IMG/VR virus record: IMGVR_UViG_3300022916_000006
Coordinates: 1-64,000 of that record
Origin: a virus
DNA length: 64,000 nucleotides
Reading direction: 5' to 3' (one strand)
Of this stretch, positions 29,684 through 39,482 are shown one piece after another; the first letter of the stretch is position 1; each line of letters starts with the position of its first letter. Below the pieces are notes generated by a model. It was not told the DNA's origin and made no database searches. It saw nothing but the letters and a program-made list of their open reading frames with translations. The position numbers were made by a program, and so were the translations under genes.

Positions 29684-30127
29684 GTGAGCCCATTTGATTG
29701 GATCAATCAGATATTGGTGTATAGAAAACCGTGGGAATCGTTCTCTGAAGCAGAACAGAAATCATTCTCATCATATATGGTGAATAGAATATTATCTATG
29801 GATATGGAATTCTTAGATATAGTGAATTTATTTCAAAAATATGCAATTGGTACACTTGAACGTAGAGAAGTGTATAAATGGTATTGTGCTGTATTACCAA
29901 CAGGTAAAAGGTACAATAAATATATAAAAAGAAAAAATGAAAATAAATACCCAAAATGGTTAGTTGAATTGTTGACAAAGCATTATGAATTGGGTAGTAA
30001 TGATGTTATTGATTATTTAGATATATTATATAAGACTATTGATGGTAAATGTGTCCTTAAGGATATACTTATTAGATATGGTACAGACTCTAAAAAGATT
30101 AAAACATTAAAACTGGAGAATAAATAA
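29684..30127 (+). CDS. Clamp loader small subunit (gp62-like)
   Basis: PFDWINQI...FSSYMVNRILSM...YNKYIK; directly follows the large subunit. Confidence 0.75.
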   Translation: MSPFDWINQILVYRKPWESFSEAEQKSFSSYMVNRILSMDMEFLDIVNLFQKYAIGTLERREVYKWYCAVLPTGKRYNKYIKRKNENKYPKWLVELLTKHYELGSNDVIDYLDILYKTIDGKCVLKDILIRYGTDSKKIKTLKLENK

Positions 30128-31347
30128 TGGAATGTAATAATTGTGGAAAACCTAAAGCTAGAAATGGTTATAAAGTAAATGGTGATCAGCGATATAAATG
30201 TACACATTGTAGTGTAGAAAAATATGATGATAATGAGATGGATATTGATATGGATGAAATAACAGATGTCAATGTGAAACTACATAAGAAGATACAAAAA
30301 CTGACGGATACCCAACGTATTGAGAGAAAAGCTGTAAGGGATTATGTTAGACAAGAGAATGCATTAGTTGAGTTAAATAATGAGTTGGTTAAGGTGATAT
30401 CTGATAATTCATTGTCAAAAGTAACAAAAGTTCGCAGTGCTAAACGTGCAAAGGTGACTGGTATAATACAAGTAACCGATGTACATTTCAATGAATTAGT
30501 ACATGCTTGTGGTGATGGAAGTAATTCCTACGACTTTAAAGTAGCCGCTAAGAGGTTTAAATTGTATATTGATGAATCAGTTCGATATTTAAAGTTTATA
30601 GGCGTTAAGGCTGTGTTATTGGCGTTTACTGGTGATCTATTAACATCAGATAGAAGAATGGATGAGATATTACATTTGGCAACAAATAGAAGTAAAGCCA
30701 TATTTCTATCAGTGGACATATTACAACAAGTGATATTGGATTTAAATAAAGAATTTAATGTAACAGTTGCATATGTAACTGGTAATGAAGGTAGAACACA
30801 TGATGATAATTCATTTAGTGAAATAATGGCATCTGATAATTATGATTGGGTTATATGTAATACGTTATCATTATTATTTAAGGGTTCGAAGGGTGTTAAA
30901 TTTGTAACTGGTCATGCTAAAGAAGTTGTGGTTGAAGTCCAAGGTCAGAATGTACTATTAATACACGGTGATTCAAAAAGTTTAAAAGGTGCTAATACAA
31001 CACGTAATGTTCAAAATGTAATTGGTAAATATGCATCTAAAGGTACACAGATATCATTTGTTCTATTAGGGCATAAACATGAAGTTGAAATAGGACCATT
31101 CTTTGCACGAGGTGGTAGTATGGTTGGTGCAAATGAATATTCAGATAAAGATTTACAATTCATAAGTCGAGCAACACAATGCATTCACACAATCGATGAT
31201 GTGGGACACATTAATAGTTTAAAAATAGACTTACAAAATGTAGATCATATAAAGGGTTATAATATAGATGAGTCACTTGAGGAATATAATCCACAGGCAC
31301 ATAAAAAATTGTTCAAACAAACAACAATAGTAAAAGTAGTAATATAA
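30127..31347 (+). CDS. Calcineurin-like metallophosphoesterase with N-terminal Zn ribbon
   Basis: TDVH, TGDLL, TGNEG, IHGD and LGHKH motifs; N-terminal CNNC...NG.QRYKCTHC. Confidence 0.75.
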   Translation: MECNNCGKPKARNGYKVNGDQRYKCTHCSVEKYDDNEMDIDMDEITDVNVKLHKKIQKLTDTQRIERKAVRDYVRQENALVELNNELVKVISDNSLSKVTKVRSAKRAKVTGIIQVTDVHFNELVHACGDGSNSYDFKVAAKRFKLYIDESVRYLKFIGVKAVLLAFTGDLLTSDRRMDEILHLATNRSKAIFLSVDILQQVILDLNKEFNVTVAYVTGNEGRTHDDNSFSEIMASDNYDWVICNTLSLLFKGSKGVKFVTGHAKEVVVEVQGQNVLLIHGDSKSLKGANTTRNVQNVIGKYASKGTQISFVLLGHKHEVEIGPFFARGGSMVGANEYSDKDLQFISRATQCIHTIDDVGHINSLKIDLQNVDHIKGYNIDESLEEYNPQAHKKLFKQTTIVKVVI

Positions 31348-31366
31348 AAACAAAACAGGAGGTTCT

Positions 31367-31606
31367 ATGAAAAGAACACAAAAGAGTATCAGTAACAGAA
31401 TTCATAATTTTATGAAAATCTCAATCAATAGACGTAAAGATAAACAATTTTCTGGTAAGGAATTAATGAATTCAAAAACATTGATTAATGAAAATCCAGC
31501 AAGTGTGATGAGAACATTACGTTGGATGAAAGAAACTGATAAGTTGCAATATGATTGTACCAGTCAATATTTTTCTAAATATGTTTTAACTGAACTGGAT
31601 AGATAA
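31367..31606 (+). CDS. Small basic protein, possible winged-helix DNA-binding protein
   Basis: GGAGG RBS; PASVMRTLRWMKE helix. Confidence 0.6.
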   Translation: MKRTQKSISNRIHNFMKISINRRKDKQFSGKELMNSKTLINENPASVMRTLRWMKETDKLQYDCTSQYFSKYVLTELDR

Positions 31607-31617
31607 ATAATAATAAG

Positions 31618-31642
31618 CACACCCAGTTAAATACTGGGTGTG
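31618..31642 (+). promoter_or_regulatory. Intergenic stem-loop (terminator or RNA-stability hairpin)
   Basis: CACACCCAGT-TAAAT-ACTGGGTGTG is a perfect 10-bp stem without a strong U-tract. Confidence 0.5.
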
Positions 31643-31662
31643 TTAAACAACAAGGATTAAAG

Positions 31663-31866
31663 ATGAGTAAAAATATAAATTTAAGCAGTATGGATGATGT
31701 ATTATGTGATGAGTGTAAAAATGATACATTTAAAGAAACTATAAGATTTAAATCACAATCTAAAATAATGTCACCAGATGGTAAGAATAAGTTAATACCG
31801 ATACAAACGTTCATGTGTGAAAAGTGCGGTCACGTTAATACACTTTTTAAAGGAAGTACTACCTAA
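31663..31866 (+). CDS. Zn-ribbon protein
   Basis: CDEC...CEKCGH. Confidence 0.75.
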   Translation: MSKNINLSSMDDVLCDECKNDTFKETIRFKSQSKIMSPDGKNKLIPIQTFMCEKCGHVNTLFKGSTT

Positions 31867-32757
31867 ATGCATGTATCAAATTCACAATTAACATTATATA
31901 GTCAATGTCCATTACATTGGAAATTGAGATATATAGATAGATTATCTATTAATCATGGGAGCATTCATACTTTATTTGGTACAGCAATGCACAATACCCT
32001 TCAAGATTATTTGACCATTTTATTTAATAAATCAATAAAAGAAGCAGAGTCATTAGATTTGTATAAAATGTTATTGGATAATATGGTAGAGGAATTTACT
32101 AAGATAAAAGATACTCATAATGTTCATATTTGTACTAAAGAAGATTTGGTTGAATTTTATAATGATGGTGTTGAGATAATAAAAGAATTTAAGGCACAGC
32201 GAACATCGTTATTTAATACTGATGAATATGACTTAATAGGATGTGAAATTCCATTAGATGTTGAAATATCAAATGGAGTTAAGTGTATTGCATATTTAGA
32301 TGTGGTGTTGTGTAATAAAAAGAATGGTATGATTAAAATAATTGATCTAAAAACTGCAACATATGGATGGAATAAATATGCGAAAACAGATAAAGCAAAA
32401 GTGAATCAACTTGTTCTATATAAATATCTATATGCAACTCAATATAATATTGATATAACAACCATCGATATTGAGTATTTAATATTAAAGAGAAAACTAT
32501 ATGAAAATGCTAAATTTAAAATAAATAGAATGCAAAAGTTTACACCAGCGAGTGGTCATGTTACAGTGGGAGGTGTTGTTAGATCATTACAGAAGTTTGT
32601 CACAGAAGCATTTCTATTAACAAGTGAATATAATATGTCTGCAAAGTATGGTAGTTGCAAGGGTGTTGGTAATAAGAATTGTACATATTGTGAATTCAAA
32701 AATAAACCAAAACTGTGTGATCCAAAAGGTAGAAAAACCACATTATTATTAAAATGA
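31867..32757 (+). CDS. PD-(D/E)XK exonuclease (RecB/Cas4-like, Fe-S staple)
   Basis: SNSQLTLYSQCP, YLDVV...IIDLKT, QLVLY and C-terminal C..CTYC...C. Confidence 0.85.
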   Translation: MHVSNSQLTLYSQCPLHWKLRYIDRLSINHGSIHTLFGTAMHNTLQDYLTILFNKSIKEAESLDLYKMLLDNMVEEFTKIKDTHNVHICTKEDLVEFYNDGVEIIKEFKAQRTSLFNTDEYDLIGCEIPLDVEISNGVKCIAYLDVVLCNKKNGMIKIIDLKTATYGWNKYAKTDKAKVNQLVLYKYLYATQYNIDITTIDIEYLILKRKLYENAKFKINRMQKFTPASGHVTVGGVVRSLQKFVTEAFLLTSEYNMSAKYGSCKGVGNKNCTYCEFKNKPKLCDPKGRKTTLLLK

Positions 32758-32811
32758 AAATAAATCAAGAAAAGTTGTTGACTTGCGACTTTTAGCCTAT
32801 ATTTATATATA
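32751..32811 (+). promoter_or_regulatory. Promoter, copy 2 of the 61-bp repeat, upstream of the glycosylation island
   Basis: 59/61 identical to 11746..11806. Confidence 0.75.
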
Positions 32812-32851
32812 TAAACAAATAAAAAAACAATGTTGCAGATAAAGGGAAATT

Positions 32852-34270
32852 ATGACAAAGAAAGTTAACACAAATTCTGAAATTCCATTCAAAGATAGAA
32901 AAAAGATATTAATATTAGCAGATGATTTACGAACACATTCTGGTGTAGGAGTTATGACAAAAGAGATTGTTATGGGAATGTTACATCAATATAAAATATG
33001 TCAAATTGGAAGTGCTTTGAATCATCCAAATAGTGGTGAGATTTCAGATTTAAGTGATGCTGTGAAAAAAGATTTAAATCTCAATGATGCATATTTAAAA
33101 ATATATGCAAACAAAGGATATGGTAATCCTGATTTATTGAGAGAAATAATATCAATGGAAAAACCAGATGCTATATTAATTTATACTGATCCAAGATATT
33201 TTGAATGGTTGTTTACTATGGAACATGAAGTGAGACAGACTGTTCCAATTTCATATTATACAATATGGGATGACTTACCTGATCCACTATACAATAAACA
33301 ATATTATAAATCATGTGATCTACTACTACCAATTAGTAAGCAAACACATGGATTATTGCATAGAATTTTAAAAGATGAGAATCTACCAGACTGGGCTATT
33401 CAATATATACCACATGGTATAAATCCAAAACGATTCTTTAAAGTAGATGATGCAGATGAAAAATATGTTGAATTTAAAAATATATTTAAGTTAGATGATT
33501 ATAAATTTAAAATATTATATTCAAATAGAAATATCAGACGTAAAAATCCAGGTGATGTAATATTAGCATATAAACATTTTGTAGATAAACTACCAAAAGA
33601 TAAGGTTAAAGAAGCATTGTTAATATTTCATACTGCACCAGTTGATAATAATGGAACAGATTTACGTGCTGTATGTAAAGATTTATTACCTAAAGAATAT
33701 AATGTATTATTTACACATGATGTGTTTGGTAGACCATTCACCGATGAAGAGATGAACTACATTTTTAATTCAGCTGATATGTATATCAACATGGCATCAA
33801 ATGAAGGATTTGGATTGGGTAGTGCAGAAGCGTTGGCAGTTGAAACTCCAATCATAGTGAATGTCACAGGTGGATTACAAGATCAGTGTGGATTTAGAGA
33901 TGATAATGGTAAATTATTGACAGCAGATGATTATATTGAACTTGGATCAAATCATGAAAAACGATATTTAGATTATGGTGATTGGTGTGAGGCTGTGTTC
34001 CCAAAAGTGTTAACACTTCAAGGTTCTCCACCAACACCGTATATCTACGATGATAAAGCTGATTACAAAGACTTTGGTGATGGATTATTTAAGTGGTATA
34101 ATAAGACTGAAGAAGAACGTGCTGAAGCTGGTAAACATGGTAGAGAGTTCTTATATGGACCCGATGCGTGTATGGGAGTGGATGATATGTGTGCAAGATT
34201 CATTAATGCATATGAAGATTTATTTGCTAATTGGAAACCAAGAACTAGATTTGAATTGTATAAGGTATAA
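32852..34270 (+). CDS. Glycosyltransferase, GT-B (GT4-like)
   Basis: ILILADDLRTHSGVG, YIPHGIN, NRNIRRKN, EGFGLGSAEALA...GGLQDQ. Confidence 0.9.
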   Translation: MTKKVNTNSEIPFKDRKKILILADDLRTHSGVGVMTKEIVMGMLHQYKICQIGSALNHPNSGEISDLSDAVKKDLNLNDAYLKIYANKGYGNPDLLREIISMEKPDAILIYTDPRYFEWLFTMEHEVRQTVPISYYTIWDDLPDPLYNKQYYKSCDLLLPISKQTHGLLHRILKDENLPDWAIQYIPHGINPKRFFKVDDADEKYVEFKNIFKLDDYKFKILYSNRNIRRKNPGDVILAYKHFVDKLPKDKVKEALLIFHTAPVDNNGTDLRAVCKDLLPKEYNVLFTHDVFGRPFTDEEMNYIFNSADMYINMASNEGFGLGSAEALAVETPIIVNVTGGLQDQCGFRDDNGKLLTADDYIELGSNHEKRYLDYGDWCEAVFPKVLTLQGSPPTPYIYDDKADYKDFGDGLFKWYNKTEEERAEAGKHGREFLYGPDACMGVDDMCARFINAYEDLFANWKPRTRFELYKV

Positions 34271-34273
34271 TGA

Positions 34274-34531
34274 ATGAATAAAAATAAGAAATTTGCAGAT
34301 GCATTAAAAATTGTAACTGATGAAATAAAAAAAGACCCTGGATTATATATAAGCTATCAATCAAATATAGCTATGATGTTCTATGATACTGTTCTTGATG
34401 ATGCTTATCAAGAAAGAAAATCTCATATAGAAGTAAAAGATATGCATAGATTAGTAAATGAGGCATCAGATAACTTTTTAAGAAGATGGTGTGAATTTAC
34501 AGATGCTGAATGGGTAGCTAAAAAATTATAA
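34274..34531 (+). CDS. Hypothetical protein
   Basis: Operon-packed ORF (YQSNIAMMFYD...EASDNFL). Confidence 0.7.
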   Translation: MNKNKKFADALKIVTDEIKKDPGLYISYQSNIAMMFYDTVLDDAYQERKSHIEVKDMHRLVNEASDNFLRRWCEFTDAEWVAKKL

Positions 34532-34538
34532 GGATAAT

Positions 34539-35888
34539 ATGAAAAAACAAATTGCAATATGTGCTCCAGTCACATCAAAATCTGGATATGGGGCACACTC
34601 AAGAGATATAGTAAGAGCAATATTAAGTCTAAATAAATATGAGTTAAAGATACTTGATGTTAGATGGGGTAGTTGTCAAAGAAATGCATTAGATGAAATT
34701 AAAGATAAGAATATCATTGATTGTTTTTCTGATCAATTAACAAGAAAACCAGATGCATATATTGATATTAGAATACCAAATGAATTTGAACAGATATGTG
34801 ATATAAATATTGGAATAACAGCTGGGATTGAAACAACATCAGTATCAACTAAATGGATTGAAGGTTGTAATAAAATGACATCAATTATAGTTCCATCAGT
34901 GCATTCTGCTAATTCATTTCTTAATACATCATATGATATGTTAGATACCAAAGATAATAATAAAAAGATTGGATCACTTAAAGTTGAAAAGCCAATGCAT
35001 GTTATTTTCGAGGGTGCTGATGCAAATATATATAAACCACTTAAAGTGAATGAGATGGATACTAATATATTGAAATTGTTGAATGATACAATATCAGAAC
35101 AGTTTTGTTTCTTATTTGTTGGTCAATGGGGTAAAGGTAATATGGGTGAAGATCGAAAAGATATTGGCACATTAATTAAAACATTCATTGAAACATTTGC
35201 TAATAGAAGCAAACAACCTGCCTTGATTTTGAAAACAAATGGTGCTGGATATTCATGTGGTGAAGAATCAAATATAATCAATAATATAAATTTAATTAAA
35301 GCAATGTTTCCAGATACTGTGAAAATGCCAAATATATATTTATTGCATGGTGATCTAACAGATGATGAAATGAATAGTTTATATAATCATCCAAAAGTTA
35401 AAGCGATGGTATCATTTACACATGGTGAAGGATATGGAAGACCATTATTGGAAGCGACTATGGTTGGATTACCTGTCATTGCATCTGATTGGAGTGGACA
35501 AAAGGATTTCTTAACTGGTGAACATTCAATATTGTTGGGTGGAGAATTGCAACAAATACCACAAAATATTGTGTGGAAAGATATTCTAATTCCTGAAAGT
35601 GCATGGTTTAATATCAATATAGATCAAGCACGACAATCACTATCATACATGTTTTCGAACTATATGATTATGAAACGTAAGGCTGAAACATTAATGCGAA
35701 TGAATAGAGACAAGTTCACATTGAAGAAGATGGCAGTTCAGTTTGATAAATATCTTGATAGTATTTTTAATTCCTTTGGTGAACAACAAATAAAATTACC
35801 AGAAAAGATAAAATTACCAAAATTGAAAAAAGTTGAAAAACCACAAAAAATTGAATTACCTAAATTAAAGCGAATTGTGAAAAAATAA
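34539..35888 (+). CDS. Glycosyltransferase, GT-B (GT4-like)
   Basis: SKSGYGAHSRD, FLFVGQW, RKDIG, HGEGYGRPLLEA, SDWSGQKDF. Confidence 0.9.
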   Translation: MKKQIAICAPVTSKSGYGAHSRDIVRAILSLNKYELKILDVRWGSCQRNALDEIKDKNIIDCFSDQLTRKPDAYIDIRIPNEFEQICDINIGITAGIETTSVSTKWIEGCNKMTSIIVPSVHSANSFLNTSYDMLDTKDNNKKIGSLKVEKPMHVIFEGADANIYKPLKVNEMDTNILKLLNDTISEQFCFLFVGQWGKGNMGEDRKDIGTLIKTFIETFANRSKQPALILKTNGAGYSCGEESNIINNINLIKAMFPDTVKMPNIYLLHGDLTDDEMNSLYNHPKVKAMVSFTHGEGYGRPLLEATMVGLPVIASDWSGQKDFLTGEHSILLGGELQQIPQNIVWKDILIPESAWFNINIDQARQSLSYMFSNYMIMKRKAETLMRMNRDKFTLKKMAVQFDKYLDSIFNSFGEQQIKLPEKIKLPKLKKVEKPQKIELPKLKRIVKK

Positions 35889-35895
35889 GGAAAAC

Positions 35896-36366
35896 ATGGA
35901 ACAAAATAGAATAACAACAAATTGCCCACTGTGTGATTCATTGGGAACATTAGATGTAGTGACATTACCAAGTACAATACAGAATATGCAATGTATATCA
36001 TGTGGGTATACAACTTCAACAGATTATGATGCAACAAATATGGAATTTCATACTGCATATATTAATATTGAAGAGAAATTAAAACAACATATCAAGATTA
36101 AAAATGATACCTTTTGGATTCCAATTGTTATGATGTTACCAAGTGGAGCTATTACACCATCTGCTAGTAAAGATGATTCATTAAAATGGAATGTATCTCT
36201 ATTGGTAGATATTCCAGAAGAAGAACAGTTTGCTTATCCAGATAGTACGGGTGGTTTTTATCAACAGAGGTATGATGTAGAACATTATGTTATTTTTGAC
36301 ACGTTCAAAGGTGCATTAAATTCATTAATAGATTTGAACAATAGAATTGCAGATAATAGATCATAG
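35896..36366 (+). CDS. Hypothetical Zn-binding protein
   Basis: CPLC...CISCGY. Confidence 0.7.
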   Translation: MEQNRITTNCPLCDSLGTLDVVTLPSTIQNMQCISCGYTTSTDYDATNMEFHTAYINIEEKLKQHIKIKNDTFWIPIVMMLPSGAITPSASKDDSLKWNVSLLVDIPEEEQFAYPDSTGGFYQQRYDVEHYVIFDTFKGALNSLIDLNNRIADNRS

Positions 36367-36814
36367 ACGTAAGATAACACTTAGGCAATCAGTTTATCAT
36401 ATAAATAAACTATTACCTGGTATGATAATTCAATTTTCATATTATGGTGAGGAACGGGTTGATAAGCGACCATTGATATTATTTTTATATCATGATAGAA
36501 CGAAAAAACTAGTACATGGTATTAATTTAAATTATATATATGATTATGAAGTGCAACAAATATTTGATAATGCGGCTAAAATAACAAAAGTTAAAATGGA
36601 AAATGAATCAATATTATCAGAGAAAGAATATACAAGAATACTTATTCCAAGAAGTAGATCAGAGCAAACAACCAAGAAGTTATATGAGAATATAATTAAA
36701 CCAACTCTGATTGAATATGATATATATCGAACGTATAAACCAGCTAAAATTAGAAGAATTAAATTGGTTACATATAAATTAGGTAGAGGCAAGATCACTA
36801 AACAAAAATTATAA
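36347..36814 (+). CDS. Putative DNA end-protector protein (T4 gp2-like)
   Basis: PGMIIQFSY...DKRPLILFL...HGINLNYI...YRTY pattern. Confidence 0.55.
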   Translation: MQIIDHRRKITLRQSVYHINKLLPGMIIQFSYYGEERVDKRPLILFLYHDRTKKLVHGINLNYIYDYEVQQIFDNAAKITKVKMENESILSEKEYTRILIPRSRSEQTTKKLYENIIKPTLIEYDIYRTYKPAKIRRIKLVTYKLGRGKITKQKL

Positions 36815-36823
36815 GAGGTAGAC

Positions 36824-37672
36824 ATGAAAATATCATACGCCATTATGTGCCATAATGAGGGTGATGAGTTGAGAACATTAATAGATACTATTGTAGAACA
36901 TATTACAGACGAAGATGAGATAGTATTATTGGATGATTATTCAACAAACAAAGAGACAAAATTATTAATAGATACTTATGTTCCAATACATAATATCGTA
37001 TATGAACAACGTCATTTATATAGTGACTTCGCTGGACAAAAGAATCATTTAAGAAAGATGTGTTCAGGTGATTATATTTTTAATTTAGATGCCGATGAAG
37101 TTCCACATAAATGGTTATTAGCTAATATAAAAGAAGTGTTGTCATTAAATGATAATGTAGATTTATATTTATTGCCTAGACTTAATGTGGTACATGGCAT
37201 TGGTATGTCTCATGTGAATAAATGGGGTTGGAATATATCAGCACATCCACGTCATATTAAATATGAAGTTTTTGATACTGACACAGATCAATATGAATTA
37301 TTAAAGAAATCAGACTTAATTATAAATGAATATTTACCATCTGAATTGAGTACCAAATTAGCTGGTGATACTAAATTATTAACTGGATTATATAAGAGTA
37401 AATATAATAACAAAAATTTAGGTGAGTTCATGGCTGAAGTAGATGGAACTAAACAAGTTGTAGTATATAAAGCACCAATAGTTAATTGGCCTGATAGACA
37501 AGGTAGGATATGGAAAAACATACCAAATATAAGATGGGAAGGGTATGTGCATGAACGAATAGTTGGATACACAAAATACTCAAGATTTCCAGATGATATG
37601 CAATATTCAATTATACACGTCAAGGAAATAGCAAAACAAGTTACACAGAACGAATTCTACGATACAATATAA
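36824..37672 (+). CDS. Glycosyltransferase family 2
   Basis: KISYAIMCHNE, LDDYS, DFAGQKN, LDADE, WEGYVHE. Confidence 0.9.
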   Translation: MKISYAIMCHNEGDELRTLIDTIVEHITDEDEIVLLDDYSTNKETKLLIDTYVPIHNIVYEQRHLYSDFAGQKNHLRKMCSGDYIFNLDADEVPHKWLLANIKEVLSLNDNVDLYLLPRLNVVHGIGMSHVNKWGWNISAHPRHIKYEVFDTDTDQYELLKKSDLIINEYLPSELSTKLAGDTKLLTGLYKSKYNNKNLGEFMAEVDGTKQVVVYKAPIVNWPDRQGRIWKNIPNIRWEGYVHERIVGYTKYSRFPDDMQYSIIHVKEIAKQVTQNEFYDTI

Positions 37673-37680
37673 GAGATAAT

Positions 37681-38529
37681 ATGCATTTTTGGAGAATAGT
37701 AGATAATGTTCTATATAAAGTCAATGATACTGACAATTTGGGATTCACAATTAATGATCCGTCATACATACCAGATGAATATTTAGATGATCAAAAGTTT
37801 TGCATTATGAGAACTTGTCATGGTATTGGAGATTGGGGAATCATATCGGCAATGCCTAGATTGTTAAAAGAGAAGTATCCAAAATGTACAGTGCAAGTTC
37901 CAAGTGAAATGATGATGAATACTATATTTGGTGATAATAATACTAAACATAAAATGTCCAATGTGATATTTAAAAACAATCCATATGTTGATGACTTTAT
38001 TGATTCAGTAGATGGTGATGTATATCATGACCATTATAGAATTTATGATGATAATAATGCTAATACACCACTCATCAATCAAATACTTAAATTCTGGCAA
38101 TTCGATGCTAATGAGTATGTAGATAATCAACCAGAAATATATTGGACTAGTGATGAAAAGAAATTAGGTAATGATATAATAGATGAATATGTGGGTGGTG
38201 GTAAGTTTGGATGTTTATTATTATCAGATAGATATGACTATAAACGAAATGATATGATATCAAAATATTTAAGATTACATAGAGATATTAAATGGTTATA
38301 TTGGACATCAAAACCATTATCTGAAATTGATATATATAAACCAGAATTTGTATTGGATATGAGACATATTGATATTAGAGTTCAACTATACATTAAATCT
38401 AAAGCTACGTTAAATTTAGGAAGTCAAACAGGAATGACTCAAACAGTTGCACGTTATTCAAATTTATTAACAATACAGAGACAGTTTCCAATTGGAAGTA
38501 ATTATGTTAAAGGTGAAATATATATATGA
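37681..38529 (+). CDS. Putative glycosyltransferase (GT9/heptosyltransferase-like)
   Basis: HGIGDWGIISAMPRLLKEKYP, FKNNPYVD, QPEIYW. Confidence 0.55.
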   Translation: MHFWRIVDNVLYKVNDTDNLGFTINDPSYIPDEYLDDQKFCIMRTCHGIGDWGIISAMPRLLKEKYPKCTVQVPSEMMMNTIFGDNNTKHKMSNVIFKNNPYVDDFIDSVDGDVYHDHYRIYDDNNANTPLINQILKFWQFDANEYVDNQPEIYWTSDEKKLGNDIIDEYVGGGKFGCLLLSDRYDYKRNDMISKYLRLHRDIKWLYWTSKPLSEIDIYKPEFVLDMRHIDIRVQLYIKSKATLNLGSQTGMTQTVARYSNLLTIQRQFPIGSNYVKGEIYI

Positions 38530-39482
38530 AAATAGTTGTTATATCACCCAAAGACAAGATGGATTATTTAGCTGAAACTATAATTGAAGGGTTGTATGCA
38601 AATGATGTTGAAATATATGCATCAGACGCAGGCAATGGTATAAAACCAAATGATGTATATAGTGATTTTGATATATTGAAACATTCGAAAACGTGTGATT
38701 TCATTTTTGTGATTTGGGGAAAAGTTATTGGTGGATATACTGGACCTAAATATTATTTACATGATATGATAAATTTACCACATAAGACAATATATATTGA
38801 TGGTAGTGAGTGGACACAAACAGGACATCCAAAACATAACCAAGTTAAACTAGCAAAAGCTGATCAGACTCTTCGTAGAGGAATGCCGTGGATTAATGAG
38901 AAGATGCTAACATCATGCAATTGGTATTTCAAGAGAGAATGTTATCCAGCTGATGTGGAGCTTGGAATTATACCATTGTTATTTGGGACACTTGATAGGA
39001 ATTTCTATAATGAAACTACTGATAAAGAATATGATGTATTCTGTGCATTTGGGCAATTGAATGATGGTTTGCGATCTGAAATAACGGAAGTGTGTCGTAA
39101 AATAAAATCAGATGGATATAATGTCATAGTAGATAGTGGTATGGAATATGATGAATATAAGATGAAATTATCAAAATCATACATATCAATTGATTCATGG
39201 GGTGGTGGTGATTGTTGTGCTAGATTGTGGGAAATATTTGCCAATAAGTCATGTGCATTTTCACAGAGATATAATATAGAATTTCCAGACAAATTCATTG
39301 ATGGTGTGAGTTTTGTAGAATTTGATACCATCAATAACTTTGAGGATAAATTGAGATATTATTTATACAATAGAGAAAAAACATTAGCAATAGCAGAAGC
39401 TGGTTATGATCACATGATGAAATATCATACAGCTAAATATAGAGTTGAATATATATTTAATATGATTGGATGCCCATTATGA
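38526..39482 (+). CDS. Glycosyltransferase-like protein (CgeB/GT1-type C-terminus)
   Basis: RLWEIFANKSCAF...FIDG...VEF...KLRYYL...IAEAGY...HT...RVEYI. Confidence 0.7.
   Translation: MKIVVISPKDKMDYLAETIIEGLYANDVEIYASDAGNGIKPNDVYSDFDILKHSKTCDFIFVIWGKVIGGYTGPKYYLHDMINLPHKTIYIDGSEWTQTGHPKHNQVKLAKADQTLRRGMPWINEKMLTSCNWYFKRECYPADVELGIIPLLFGTLDRNFYNETTDKEYDVFCAFGQLNDGLRSEITEVCRKIKSDGYNVIVDSGMEYDEYKMKLSKSYISIDSWGGGDCCARLWEIFANKSCAFSQRYNIEFPDKFIDGVSFVEFDTINNFEDKLRYYLYNREKTLAIAEAGYDHMMKYHTAKYRVEYIFNMIGCPL

Noticed and set aside
31867-32757. Cas4-like nuclease as evidence of a CRISPR-Cas system
   Set aside because: No repeat-spacer array or other cas gene is in the window, and stand-alone Cas4/RecB-like exonucleases are common in phage replication regions.
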